DNA of 64,000 nt from Lepidodermella squamata (taxonomy: Eukaryota > Animalia > Gastrotricha), in assembly GCA_047495785.1 (NCBI GenBank), contig JBLDXI010000054.1:620001-684000 (forward strand), read 5' to 3'. This document shows, one piece after another, positions 35,683 through 48,300 of this stretch (its first letter is position 1; the number at the start of each line of letters is the position of its first letter). The position numbers and the translations under genes were made by a program. The notes under the pieces are model-generated. The model was given only the letters and a program-made list of their open reading frames with translations, made no database searches and had not been told where the DNA came from.

Positions 35683-36521
35683 ATGCTTGCTTATTCGGTT
35701 TTAATCTACTGCCTCAGCCTTCTGGTAGCTGTCTCAAACGCTTGTCCAACTTCTACCACAACAACACCATGCCCATCGCCGCCAACATGCACCACTGGAA
35801 CAAGCTGTGCTGCTACGGCCTGCTCCTCGTCGCAATCTTGCTACAACAATGTAAATAGTCGGCAAATGTTCACATTTCTCAATGATATTTTTGAATATTT
35901 CCTCAGAATCAATTCACAATGTGCCAAGTTACAACCCCTGGAACCCCCGTTGGCAACGTTGGGGTGGCAGTCAAGTTTTGCAGCGAGACAGCCGGTTCGG
36001 CCTGCAGCGTCTTTCCTCCTGGAGTGGTGAGAAAATCGTTATTCCAGCGAGCAAAAATGAATATCTGAATTTTGTAGACTGCAACCGGTGTAACAACCAC
36101 ATCGTTCAACTCATTCTCGGCCTGCTGCTCCGCCCTCGGATCGAACGTGGTCTATGACGTTTACAAGACATCCAGCTCGCCCACGCCAGCGTTGTACTGC
36201 TTTGGGGCAACCGATTCTTCACCGTACAGAGTTTGCGGGGCTGATGCTTCATCCGCAGGTCGTTGCGTTCGCTTCCCCAACGCCTGTCTAACGGCGACAC
36301 ATACTTCATCTCTAGTGGCCGCAAGTGGGAGCGTAAGTTGAAGAGATGTTTACAAGAATTCGTAGCTCTATCTTTGATTTTTGAATTAGCCGACATGGGC
36401 CACAGTAGCTTATGCGAGTTTCTCGGCATGCTGCGCTAACGCTCCATCTGCCGCGGCTGTCACTTACAAGACGGACGGAGCTCTTTTCAATGGCTTCACA
36501 GTTGATACCTGCGGAAACTGA
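35683..36521 (+). CDS. Secreted Cys/Thr/Ala-rich protein, copy C
   Basis: Exons 35683-35850, 35907-36026, 36078-36332, 36390-36521; same intron positions and Cys pattern as copy B. Confidence 0.85.
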
Positions 36522-38018
36522 GGCGGAACCAACCTATGGCGGAGCAGGGGACTGATTGTTGCTTAAAAGTCGGATTTAGTTGGCATTCTAACTAAAATTG
36601 TCTCGCAAGCTTCTCCTGAGCTGCCTTACAACCGTTTTTACGAATCAATCAAGAGTTTGCAAAAGCTAGGAAAAGTCATATGAAATAGGGTTACTGAATC
36701 GCAGATACAAGCTTATTCTGCGTATTTGCGTAGTTACATATAGCATTCAAGGTATCTAATAGTATTGACGGCAACAAAGATTCAACTTTCGTGCATTTGA
36801 TTACAAGAGAAGGGAAATAGATTGAAGATCAAATAAAAAGACCATTAGCCGTAATCAACCGTTCTGACTCTGCAAATGTGAGGTTTTTATGGATTCATAA
36901 TTCATAGCAAATCCTCAACGCTGCATAGCCGAATTCCGACTCGGCTCTACATCTATTGAAACCGCGGATAATAATAATAATCCGTGGACACGCCTGCATA
37001 AGTCCCTTTCATGTAGCTGGTGAAGGCTGTATAAGCTGTAACTGATCCATTTTGGCCAGTGTGAAAAATGCTGAGGAAGGAAGAGATTATCGTCTCTTAT
37101 CCCCCGTTGGACAAGCGAGATTTCATCCAATTTAGAGCTCTCTTCGAGGATCATACATCAAATGGTTTTTGGGTAGCTGATTTTATTCTCTCATCGTTTG
37201 GAGTTGAACTTGGCTTATTCACAGCAGCAGCTTCCAATATATTCATCGGTATTCATTTTCCGCAAATTTTATACAGAGCATAGGCCTACAAGCATGCTGC
37301 TGTCTGAAATTGTAAGAAGCATCCTCGTATGGGGCAATGTTTTGAGCAACTCTCGCGGTAATTCGCGCGGTCTCATTTCTTAGTGAATATTTGACAGAGA
37401 TAGGACCGAAACCGTTGATTGAAGCGTTGATTCGATAGTGAACATTGATAAATTTTCACTCATGTTTCACGCGCGCATTTCTGTGTAATTCACATGAAGC
37501 CATGGGAAAATGGAACCCGTGCATCAGAAATTCATAATTTGTTCCAGACTTTTTGCTTGCGAGCTTTACTTAATTCACATACTATTATAAAAACAGCAAG
37601 GAATGCTTCCACGCATTTCGCTCATTTTAAATAACGACATTTATAGTCTTTCAGAGTTAGTCCGCATTTTATTATCAATTTCTCCATGGTAGTTTTCCGG
37701 AATTTCAAACTGTGAAGTTTCTCCTGTCAAAAGCTAAACTGTTCCAAGTTCTTCATCCTGCCTATCGCTTCTTATCAGTCGCCTTTGAATCGTAGTCTTA
37801 TCTGTTGCCTTAGATTTACTATTTTAATTCTTGGCTATTGTTATTATCATTCGAATTTTTTCGAGCCGGCACACGCAGACTTCGAGAAAAACTTGGGTTA
37901 ATATAACAAGAAGAAAAAAATGCTAATCGTGGTTTGGGCGACCTTTCTGAACCAAACTGTATACGAATACTGCCGCTTTAAAGTTGATGGTTATCTTTCA
38001 CGTCGGTTGAATAAGAAA

Positions 38019-38228
38019 TTGAAGCTGCAATTACCCGTCACCACCACGCAAAAACGGAGTGGGCTGTAACCCTGCCACCGCTGCCTAATGAACATTAAGT
38101 TGACTAAATGATAAATTATTTGAGGAATATGAAGTTGAAGCTGCAATTGCCGTCACCAACACACAATAGCCGAGTGAGCTGCCATCGCTGCCTAATGAAC
38201 ATTAAATTGACTAAATGATCAATATTAC
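38019..38228 (+). repeat. Imperfect tandem duplication (~100-117 bp unit)
   Basis: ttgaagctgcaatt...cgctgcctaatgaacattaa.ttgactaaatgat occurs twice. Confidence 0.7.
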
Positions 38229-38669
38229 CAGGGCAGAGAAGTAATGCTGCCATGCTTGAACAGCTCCAACGCGCATGTGGCACAGGTGAGCACGAATAAG
38301 CCCACGCGGTCGTTAGGCGGTGATTTCATTTCTTGATATCTCTTGTGTGTCGAATGGAAAAAAGTCGCTCAAGCAATTTCTTGAAAAATGGTTGCGTGCG
38401 AAAAGGGCAAGCAAAATAGCATATATAAAGAACCCCTTTTCTCGGATTTGTCCACCACTCTTGTTGTCTTCGAGAAAAGATGGACTGATATCACCTTGAA
38501 TGACAGCCCCACTATCCCCATAAATGAATGATGAATAAAGATATTTCGGCCGTCGGCAAAATTCTAATCCCACCTTCGATTTTGATTCCTAGGCAATTGT
38601 CTGCAACCTTTTTAATTATCCTCATTGACGAGCCAGCATTATTTGTCCATAGCATCCTACCAGCTGAAC

Positions 38670-39557
38670 ATGAAGGCCTTCATTTTTGCGGCTGCTATAA
38701 TTGCGAGATGCTTCGCTTGCCCTCCCAGTTCAACGACGACCACCACTACAACGCCTTGCCCAGCCTCATCAGCATGTCCATCCTGCCCGACGTGTGGAGC
38801 AACCTGTGCGGCTGGAACAACGTGTGCCGCGACTGCGTGCACCGCATCTCAAACTTGTGCAGATATCAGCGTAAAATGCCTGATATTGACAACCTATATC
38901 AACCTATACATTGCCTTTTAGAACCTATTCACAATGTGCCAGATAACCACGGCTGGGGCATCTGGCGCCGATGTTACCAAAACCATCAAATTTTGCACCG
39001 ACGTAGCTTCGACTACTTGCCCTACTACGCCAACGGCAATCGTAAACCATTATAACCCCAATTGAAACTAGATTAACCACCTGCTTGTTTTTCAAGGTTG
39101 CGACTGGTGTCCCAACGACCTCATTCAGCACATTCAAGGCGTGCTGCGATGCTCTCGGCGGTTCAAACATAGTCTACGATACGTACATTCAAGCATCGAC
39201 CCCGCTTTACTATTGTATGGCTGCAACGGACGCCAATCCCTACAAGGTTTGTTCTGCCGGTGAAACTCAATTAGGTCGCTGCGTTCGATTTCCAAATTCC
39301 TGTCTGACATCGGTCCATACGAAACAGGTCGCTGCTGGTCCTGGTGGTGCTCTTGTAAGTTTAACGTATAGGTACCGTTTAAATTGAAACTCACTCTGTA
39401 ACTCAATGATTGATAACGACAGCCACCATGGCCAACATCAGCTTTCGCCACTTTTGCGGCTTGCTGTGCTGCTACGCCCACCGATTCGCCTTTCTCCTAT
39501 AAGACAACGGGCGACACTGTCGCTGCCCGCTTTACCGTCCATACCTGCGGCAACTAA
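38670..39557 (+). CDS. Secreted Cys/Thr/Ala-rich protein, copy D
   Basis: Exons 38670-38870, 38922-39041, 39097-39354, 39423-39557. Extra CPSCPTC segment; ends VHTCGN. Confidence 0.85.
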
Positions 39558-39846
39558 ACAAAAATTCTGCAACAAAGGCGAAGCCATTGAGCCAGCAAAA
39601 GCTGAGAACACGCTAGAAGAACTGTCAAATCGTTATTTCGATAACTTAGTTAAATGTGCCAATCGCGTTTTTGAATCGGTTTCGTGGATGATAAATCGCA
39701 AATATATGCCCCATCAGTATTTACACTAAATAGACTCGGTCTTCAATACTCATCGTCAGCTTGAAAATTATCAGTTTATAAACAACATTCGAATTTTTTT
39801 AGTTATAAAGCAGAATTATTTCCCCATGTTATCCTCTGAGCTCAAC

Positions 39847-40730
39847 ATGAAGGTCTTCCTCTTTGTGTCTGCTATGTTGGCTGGATGCTACGCTTGCCCT
39901 CCAAGTTCAACCACCACAACCACGCCCTCCACTACGACGCCTTGCCCGGCCTCATCAGCATGTCCATCCTGCCCCACGTGTGGAGCAACCTGCGTCGCTG
40001 GAACAACGTGTGCCGCGACTGCGTGCACCGCATCTCAAACTTGTGCAGATAACAGCGTAAAATTCCTAATAATCTACGATGACTGATTTACTTGTATGTT
40101 CCGCCCTATAGAACCAATTCACTATGTGTCAGTTAAGCACGAGCGGGGCAGGTGCTGACGTTAGCAAAACCATCAAATTTTGCACAGATGTAGCTTCCAC
40201 TACTTGCCCTACTACGCCAACGGCGATCGTAAATTGATCTTGTAAATTGAAACGAGACTAATAACGTGCTTTTTTTGAAGGTTGCCACTGGTGTCCCAAC
40301 GACCTCATTCAAGACATTCAAGGCGTGCTGCGATGCTCTCGGCGGTTCAAACATAGTCTATGATACGTACAAGCAAGCGTCGACCCCGCTTTACTATTGC
40401 ATGGCTGCAATTGACGCCAATCCTTACAAAGTGTGTTCTAGCAATCCCACGTCGCCAGGTCGTTGCGTTCGATTTCCGAATTCTTGTGCGACGACGACTT
40501 TTACGCAGCAAATTACTGCTGGTTTTGCCAATGTAAGTTAATTTAGTTAATATAGTTAATTTCCTAACTGTAACTCGCTATATCTACAGCCAATTTGGCC
40601 CACAACAGCTTTCGCCAATTTTGCGGCTTGTTGTGCTGCTGCGCCGACTGAAATCGGAATCTCCTATAAGACAACGGGCACCCCTACGGTTGCAGGCTTT
40701 GCCGTCGATAACTGCGGCAACGACGTTTAA
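39847..40730 (+). CDS. Secreted Cys/Thr/Ala-rich protein, copy E
   Basis: Exons 39847-40056, 40112-40228, 40281-40532, 40590-40730. Close paralogue of copy D. Confidence 0.85.
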
Positions 40731-40913
40731 GAAACTCAACAACTCAAGCTAATAATATCATAGTTCCCAATGCTACATTTGGCTGGTAGATATTTCTTAT
40801 GCTTTGTAGATGAAAATTGTCTTCGTATCGTCCACACTTTATTCAATCCTTAATCCTTAACCGGTTTTATTATCAAAAGATGTTCCTAATAACATAAGCC
40901 ATAAGTATATTCA

Positions 40914-41582
40914 TCAAAGTATCTCACATCGCTTTCGAGCTGGTTTCAATTTGCGTTTCAAAGCCATGGAAACGGCAACCTCAAACACCTTATCGAGGTT
41001 CTGCCGCGTTTTAGCCGAGCACTCGATGAAATAGGGTGCATTGATGCGTTGAGCTGCAGCTTTTGCTAGTTCAATATCGATAAGAAACTTTGACGGAGTG
41101 GCTGATTCCTCTCCCGGCAGCCTGAGATCAACTTTTGTACCAACCAGGATTATGGGCACTCCTGAACAGTAATGCCGCAGCTGAGAAAAAAGTCTGAGAA
41201 AAAACTCCTTGAAGCAAGGTTCATTACCTACCTCGTGGATCCATTTGTCTTCGACATTTTGCAGCGAATCGAGATTATCGACACTGAAGCAAAGCAGTAT
41301 GGCATCGATTTGAGAATTCGCATATTGAATGAACCGGAACTGCTCATAAGTCTCCTGGCCAGCTGTATCCTCGCAAATCAGCGCGACAGGATGCTTCGGA
41401 TACTGTGGCACTGTGATGTCCTTAGACGTCGTTTCATACACCGTTGGCTCGTAGTTGTCGTAGAACTGTTCTCGCATGTAAGCGAGAAGTAGAGACGTCT
41501 TGCCTACAAAGCCATCGCCTGCTGCCAACAGTTTGATGGGAATAGCCTCTCGGGTGGACGTTTCCCGTTTAAGTAGCCTCAT
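40914..41582 (-). CDS. Divergent Rho-family small GTPase
   Basis: GDGFVGKT, YEPTVYE, DTAGQE, VGTKVDLR, ECSAKT, polybasic tail and CEIL CAAX. In-frame 51-nt GT-AG intron at 41181-41231. Confidence 0.9.
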   Translation of the reverse strand: MRLLKRETSTREAIPIKLLAAGDGFVGKTSLLLAYMREQFYDNYEPTVYETTSKDITVPQYPKHPVALICEDTAGQETYEQFRFIQYANSQIDAILLCFSVDNLDSLQNVEDKWIHEVGNEPCFKEFFLRLFSQLRHYCSGVPIILVGTKVDLRLPGEESATPSKFLIDIELAKAAAQRINAPYFIECSAKTRQNLDKVFEVAVSMALKRKLKPARKRCEIL

Positions 41583-42566
41583 CAATCGTTTTTGAAGTGT
41601 TGACGTTTATGATGGCTGTTTCCGGGTCCTGTTCACTCTTATCTAGGAATGCACTGAATGAAACAGACGCTTGGGCTTGAATGCTCCTGTTTTATCGGGT
41701 CTTGAAGCGGATAAGATAACAAAATTACAACTTGGTAGTTCTTGTTCTTGGTTTTCACTTTGAACGACATGATAACAAGTTCCAGATTATTATTATTATT
41801 ATGAAATTAGTATTAGCGAAATGCATTTAGATTGATACGAATTGATTAAATTTCGATATTCAATTCACTAGGGTGATTGCGCGCGTGCTCTAGGAATAGG
41901 TCTAATCTTTCTGATGAGTGGGTAAAACTCAACCTCAAATTATCAAACCTTAAAAAAGGAGACGCGAAACTTCATGATGTCCTCGAGATCAGATATCTTG
42001 GCTAAAATATTCCTAAACATCAGCAGATTGGATTTGAACTAGTGTTCGACTATAAGGGGTCCAATCTTCTGAAGCTCAGCGAGATCTGAGAAAATAATAA
42101 GAAAGCTCCGCTCGTATTCTGGTTTCGGAATCATGAGTAATTTTGGGAAATGTAACTAATAAGTTGCCTATCCCTGGCAGCTCCAGGATCCATGATCGCA
42201 ACCTGACTAAAACGTTAAAATTTTCGAGATTTTAGATTTTTTGAATATGCCATGTTTGTCATTTTCTTACCAAAATGGCCAAGTCTAAAAACAGGGACAT
42301 CACAGGCGAGTCTTCATTTTTCCAAGGTATTTATTGAAAAACATATTCCAGATAACCAGAGTGCCCTGATTTCATATTTGCATACTAACACGACAAATTG
42401 ACAAAGTTTAATCACGATAATTTCAAAACCAGGATCGAAAGATAAACATGTTTCGCATCTCATCATGTCTAATCACATCGAAACTCAAAATCGATAACGT
42501 ACTCGAGTTAAACGTGTTTACATTCAATGTCGTGATCTGGTTTTCGATTTTTATTCGAAATGCCTT

Positions 42567-44948
42567 TCAATGACGCAGCTCAGTCGGCTGAGCGGTGGCG
42601 TAGGAGTTGTTCCGGATTGAAATGAAATACGTGATGGCTGCAGTGTTAGCGGAGAAAACGAGTAAAATCCCCGCGAGTGCGACTTGCTGGTTCAGGGGTG
42701 AACTGAAAACGACAAGAATAAGTAGAGCAGCGAGTAGCATTGTGGCTGAGTTGATGACAACAAGGGCCAGGGCTTTGAAAACCGGGTTAGCTTTCACACC
42801 CCTCCGCTGGCCGAGTTTGAACGTCGATACTCCAGCTATTGCAAAAAGAAGAGCATGAACCCCAACAGCAGTCATAGCCCAAATTATGTAGTTATCCGAA
42901 GAACAAACTATGGCCTCATCGCTGTGAAGAGTATCACTGTCAAAGGAGTAAACTGGATCGGTAAGTTGCTGCAAAGTTCCATTAACAGGGTCAGCTATCA
43001 TCCAAGCCAAAATATAGGCGCAGGTCAGAGTCAGGGCGATGAGAGCCAAAAGAATGAAATGAGTCCTCGTGAAAGGTTTGACGGCCTTCAGTGGCATCCT
43101 TTCGCTTACAGCCACTGACTCAGCTCGGCCTCGCCCTGTGCTTAGCGTTTTGGCGATTGTACTTCGTCTTCGGTCGTTATTCCCGGTTCCGCTGTGGTGA
43201 CTGCTCTTACGTCGAGCGGCATCGTGGCCATCTCCGAAGGTACCAAGCAAGCTTTTCAGTTTGAGGATTCTCGCGTTGGTGAAGACCTCGTAGAATCCGA
43301 AAGCCAGTAGGATGAAAACAGGCCTAGCTCTACAAACCACGTAAGGATTCTCAGAGTTAGACGCTCCATTCGAAACAGCAGCGGCGTCGCAGCATAAACA
43401 AGCCAAAAGACAGAAGATTTCCTCAGAAATCGACCTTGGAGACTTTTTCGCAGCTAGTAGAAAGGCCAGAACTTGTCCAGTCCCCAGAATTGCTGCAATG
43501 ACCAGAATTGCGATGAAAGTCTCAACTGGGACGTTTTGCATGGTGACTACAACCCTCATGCCATCTCTAGGCGGCTTCCCATCGGCCGAGAACCATTTCA
43601 GAGGCGTCAGAGGGGTGAAAACGTGACTTGCGAGCAGGTAAGGATCGTCATTAGGCGAGACCTTGCCCCGGTAGTGGAGCTGCATTCCAGTAGCCCGGGT
43701 CCATCTTACAACGATTTGAGTTTCATACAGATCGACCTCCAACGTTGGCATGTATTTAAACTTCGGAATCCTCAGCCCAGCATATTCAATCTGCGCCATC
43801 GATGCATTGACAACTCGCATGACCGTGAGTGGGTCTTGGACCAGATTGCTCAAGGTCATGTTTCTTTTGTTGAGTTCCCTCTCAGCATTGTCGTAGGAAA
43901 GAAGCGCCTGCAGAGTTGCGTCGTGGCAAACAAGCCGCTTTTGATAGTCAGCCAATCTACTCCCATTTGTTAGCTTCATATAGGCGGTTTCGAATTCAGT
44001 AACGTTGTAGCCACCAGCTGAGATTACTTTCGGATCGTCCGTTTCAGCTTGCCAACCCTCCCAGAACGCGTATTCAAGCTGAGTTTTGACCTGCTCCCTT
44101 GTGCACTCGCCAAAAGGCTTCTCAGGCAAGCTGTCCGGCTCGAAATATGCGGCGAAGAAGAAGATGAAGGCGTACCTAGGCCCTGTCATTCCGTATTGAT
44201 AGGTCAGACATAGAAATCGAGTGATTTGCGGGACATTCGTGATTTCCAGGGCAACAACCCTCGCGTCACTCGCTACCAAAGCTTGAATAGCTCGATCGTC
44301 AACATCGATCACGATATCGAAATGATGAACCGTGATTCCTACCTTGCTAGCCTCTCTTTGAATTGAAGTCGCGAGGTAGATATCGAAGAAGTTACTGGCG
44401 AACGTGAGAACGGCGAAACGAGACCATTTCCCAACATCGCGGATGAATTTGAGTTGGCCGAGGATTAGGACATCGGAACTCGATCGACTCCGGTACAGGT
44501 TGGGATATCGTTTCCGATTTCGGGTGAAAAACGGGGCTGAGCATGTTGTAGTGACTTGAATCATGCCAAGGTGATGGGCGGTTGTAGCCAGGCCGTTACA
44601 TCCCGATGAGAAGAATGGACCAATCGCAACTGGGCCTCGGAAATTCTCCTCCGTTTGGTCTTCAGTTCTACGGTAGAATTCGATGGTACGGCGGGCGGTT
44701 AGTAGCGAACCGGGGCCTTCGTCCTGATAGTCTCCAACGACCTTGTAACCGGGCAGCACGTCATCTCGAGTGTTGAAAGCGTTTATCAAAACTTCTGACC
44801 CAGCTTTACAGCCCTCTCCATTTCGAGGCGCGTCCCCTGTTATCGGGAGGAGGATCAGCATATTCAGTTGCTTCACCTTCCCGGGAGCAAGCTGTTGCGC
44901 CCAAGCGTTTGAAACTGCGAGAAAAATTACGGCAAATTGGATTTTCAT
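42567..44948 (-). CDS. GABA-B-receptor-like class C GPCR (Venus flytrap + TM domain), intronless
   Basis: Signal peptide. INAFNTRDDVLPGY, IGPFFSSGC, RKRYPNLYRS, FLCLTYQYGMTGPRYAF and W..GKPPRD are typical of GABA-B-type receptors. Multiple TM helices including AWMIADP and VCSSDN. Confidence 0.8.
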   Translation of the reverse strand: MKIQFAVIFLAVSNAWAQQLAPGKVKQLNMLILLPITGDAPRNGEGCKAGSEVLINAFNTRDDVLPGYKVVGDYQDEGPGSLLTARRTIEFYRRTEDQTEENFRGPVAIGPFFSSGCNGLATTAHHLGMIQVTTTCSAPFFTRNRKRYPNLYRSRSSSDVLILGQLKFIRDVGKWSRFAVLTFASNFFDIYLATSIQREASKVGITVHHFDIVIDVDDRAIQALVASDARVVALEITNVPQITRFLCLTYQYGMTGPRYAFIFFFAAYFEPDSLPEKPFGECTREQVKTQLEYAFWEGWQAETDDPKVISAGGYNVTEFETAYMKLTNGSRLADYQKRLVCHDATLQALLSYDNAERELNKRNMTLSNLVQDPLTVMRVVNASMAQIEYAGLRIPKFKYMPTLEVDLYETQIVVRWTRATGMQLHYRGKVSPNDDPYLLASHVFTPLTPLKWFSADGKPPRDGMRVVVTMQNVPVETFIAILVIAAILGTGQVLAFLLAAKKSPRSISEEIFCLLACLCCDAAAVSNGASNSENPYVVCRARPVFILLAFGFYEVFTNARILKLKSLLGTFGDGHDAARRKSSHHSGTGNNDRRRSTIAKTLSTGRGRAESVAVSERMPLKAVKPFTRTHFILLALIALTLTCAYILAWMIADPVNGTLQQLTDPVYSFDSDTLHSDEAIVCSSDNYIIWAMTAVGVHALLFAIAGVSTFKLGQRRGVKANPVFKALALVVINSATMLLAALLILVVFSSPLNQQVALAGILLVFSANTAAITYFISIRNNSYATAQPTELRH

Positions 44949-45350
44949 TTTTTAAATGCAATGAAGTTTTCAATACTGATCCCCGCGACTCTCTCGCTAG
45001 CTCATTAATGTTACAAGATGATTAAACCCCCCATCTTATCAAATTTCAGCGTACATTGCCTTGATATCTTGAAAAGCTCATTTTAATTTGTCTGAGTGAT
45101 TGTCTCTGGCTCGCAGTTATCCCAAATCATAAGGAAGATCAGGTTCATTTGGACGAGTCCCAAGGTCAATTTTACCGCCGATTTCTTTGATTTCGCGATT
45201 GAAGTTTTCTCATCAATTCAAGGAGTGAGAGATTGTCAAACATATTGTCTCTATGAACGAAAAAGATCTAGGGCAGAAAGTGAGAAAAAGCGGCGCATTG
45301 AAAACAACGTTCTTTATTACATAGTTCGTATCGTATCGAAGTGTCCTGGT

Positions 45351-48300
45351 TTAGGCAAGATAGTTGTAAATTGCTTCAAAACCACGTTGCATTGCATAGT
45401 CTATAGGCCTCAAGCCTCGCCCGTCCTCCATCTCCTTTGCTTTCGGGTACTTGCTAGCAAAAAGACTCACAACATCAATGTCATAACGATCTCGATTCAC
45501 ACAAATTGATAGAGGCGTTGAACCGTTGTTGTCCACCCTTTTAAGCGCACCAGACCATTTATCGAGTAGAAACACTATGATGTTGTAGTAATCTCCTGTT
45601 ACGACTTCAGCATCAACACCATGGTGAAGCGGGGTGCGGCCCCATCTGTCATAGGTTTTCACGCCATCTGGCCATTTCAGCGCGAGATACTTGACCATTT
45701 CAAACGAACCCATACGAGCAGCTCGAGATATTGGTAAGATTTGGGAATAGCCACGTTGTGGGCCGGATATTGGTGGTAACTGCTGCCGCTTCTCAGCTCG
45801 GCTTCTCATATCAAGGTCAGGGATCTTCGCAGCTTCTCGCCATTCCTTTCGTAGAGTTTCAGCGATTTCCAAGTTCCCAATGCACACTGCGTGGAGAAAT
45901 GGGGTAAAGCCGGATCTATCATACACTTGGACCAATTTCGGTTGCTTTTCCAAGAAGAGTCTGACCATGGGCATCGAACCCTGTCGGACTGCAGCGCAGA
46001 GCGGATTTTCGCCCCTTGAGCATGCTTCTACAATAGCATGCGGGATTTTGTCAATCAGGAATTCAACGACTTCAGATAGATTACGCTCGAATGCTAGAGT
46101 GATTGGTGTTCTTTGCCTTGAGTCACTAATATTGACTGCTTCGGGCCATTTCTCAGCCAGGAAAGATGTGATCTCCATTCTATGGTTATCTTCAGTCCAA
46201 CCTAAGATTGTTTGAATTGTTTCATCGTTTATGAGATTACTGGAGTAGTTTGAAATCGCAGTTTTCACGAAATTCATGAAATCGAAGTTATCAGCTAGAA
46301 TTTCGACCATTTTCGAGTCTTGCGAATCGTAAGAAGTTAGAGAGTCGAAGAAACCAGTCGCCCAAAACATTGTCTCTTCGTTCTGCGTTGACATGAATTG
46401 AGCTAGAGGCCCTATGATCTGGTTCAAAAGCCCGGAGTAACTCTGGCTCTGAGGAGCTCGTAAAGCTCTGGAAAGCTCATGAACAATTGAATCGTACTCA
46501 TTGGGGTGGCTCTCCATGTATTCAGTGATATCCGATTTACCAGCAGTTGCGAAAAAATCGGCATAAATTGAACCAGACATTTTCGCTCCAGCTTTTGAGG
46601 CCTCTATGATAGCTTGTCTTGCCTTGTCTTGGACTTCAACTCCATAAGATAATCTGCTATTTTCGCTTTGATTTGAGGTATTCCTTAGCTGGACTATATC
46701 TGGGAGTCTGTCCATAACGAACCGAAACAAATCGACTCGATCAGCCTCTAGAGAAGCTGCGAGAGCTGTTCGTCCAATCAGATCTTGATATCTGACCGCC
46801 GCGACCCATTTTGAATAGATGAATTCAACGACTTCTTTCGATGCTTGATGTCGTGAAGCTGCGACTGCAAGCTGGGTCCTTCTCAAATTGGCATCGACAT
46901 ACTTCACAGCATCAGGCCACCATTTGTAGATGATTTCAGCCACGGCAAGGCTAGAGCTATGTGCCAGGGCTGATTCTCCGAATTTATTGATGAATTTAGC
47001 TGAATCGGGATATTTGTCCAATATGTAAGAAACAATTTCGAGGTGACCATAACTAGCCGCTGTGAATAGGGGCGTGAAATGTCGTATGTTGTCGTCGATT
47101 TTCAAAGCTTCGGGACATTTTTCTAGGATCAATTTCACGATATCGATTGGTACATCGTATCGAATAGCCATCGAAAGAACGACGCAACCCCTCGCGTCTC
47201 TAGCTAGGGTAGATTTAGGCCAATGGTTGACTAAGATCTTAACAACATCGTAGCTTTGAAATCTAATAGCTTCCATTAGAGGGGTAGATCTAAAATACCA
47301 GAAAAAAATGATGAAAATCGTAGTTAACCTTGTGTTTTGGCTTACCTGTTAATTTTTGATGGTAGATTGATCAGAGTTTGGTCTGCCTGAGCTAGGAATT
47401 TCGAAATATCTTGAAGATTGAGCCTTGCAGCCCAATGTAGTGCTGACATGCCGAATTTATCCGTAATCCTGGACCCTTCCGGCCATTTGCTTTGAAGAAG
47501 TTCTATAACTTCTTTATGGCCTTTCCTCATCGCAGCCAGAGATAGCAAAGTCCTATTATCTTCGTCCACCAATTTAACTGAATCTGGGCACATTTGGTAC
47601 AGAGTTTCGACTAAACCATCATTGCCGAGTTCAGCTGCGAATTTCATAGCAATAAACTCGGTTCTCAGGTCGTCCGACCAGTTGTCTTTGGATAGATCTG
47701 CCAAGGGCTTTGATGATTCACGATTGACGAGCAATTTCCGGAAGAAACCTGGATCGAACAAGGCAATTAGTCTTTCGGCTACTGTTTCAAGTCTCAAATT
47801 GAGTAAATTCGAAACCATAGTTGGGAGTACCAAACAATCCTCGACTGGTCTCTCCATTTCAGTAAGATCGAAGAAGTCCTTCACAAGTCTGAATCGGACA
47901 TCGACCAAAGGAATCTCCGAGCTTAAGTTGAAATGAATTTTAGCTTCTTCAAGAAGCATGTTATGAAACAGTTGATCAGTTGAAAGGGCCCGAGCAGTTG
48001 GGAATTCCAGATTAGGTATTTGCCGATCTAATTCTACGGCTTCTCCAGCTTCAAGTGCTCTGACGATGCGATCCCTGTGATTAGCATTCGACTCGAAAAT
48101 AGCCTGTGAATTTGCTTTTATAGTTGATTCCCAATCAATCACTTCGACCTGCGTGATAAGGCCGAGTTTGATGAAGTACTCGATCTTTTCAAACTTCTCT
48201 TTTCCGACCAGCCTGACGATACAATCGGCTTTGATCGGTTCCGAATGGCCAAGCATTAAGAAAACGAAAAGCAACCGTTTCTCATCGAAATCAAGGATTC

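Noticed and set aside
36650-37700. Coding-like composition between Cys-rich copies C and D
   Set aside because: Only short ORFs with no recognisable motif or splice-consistent model.
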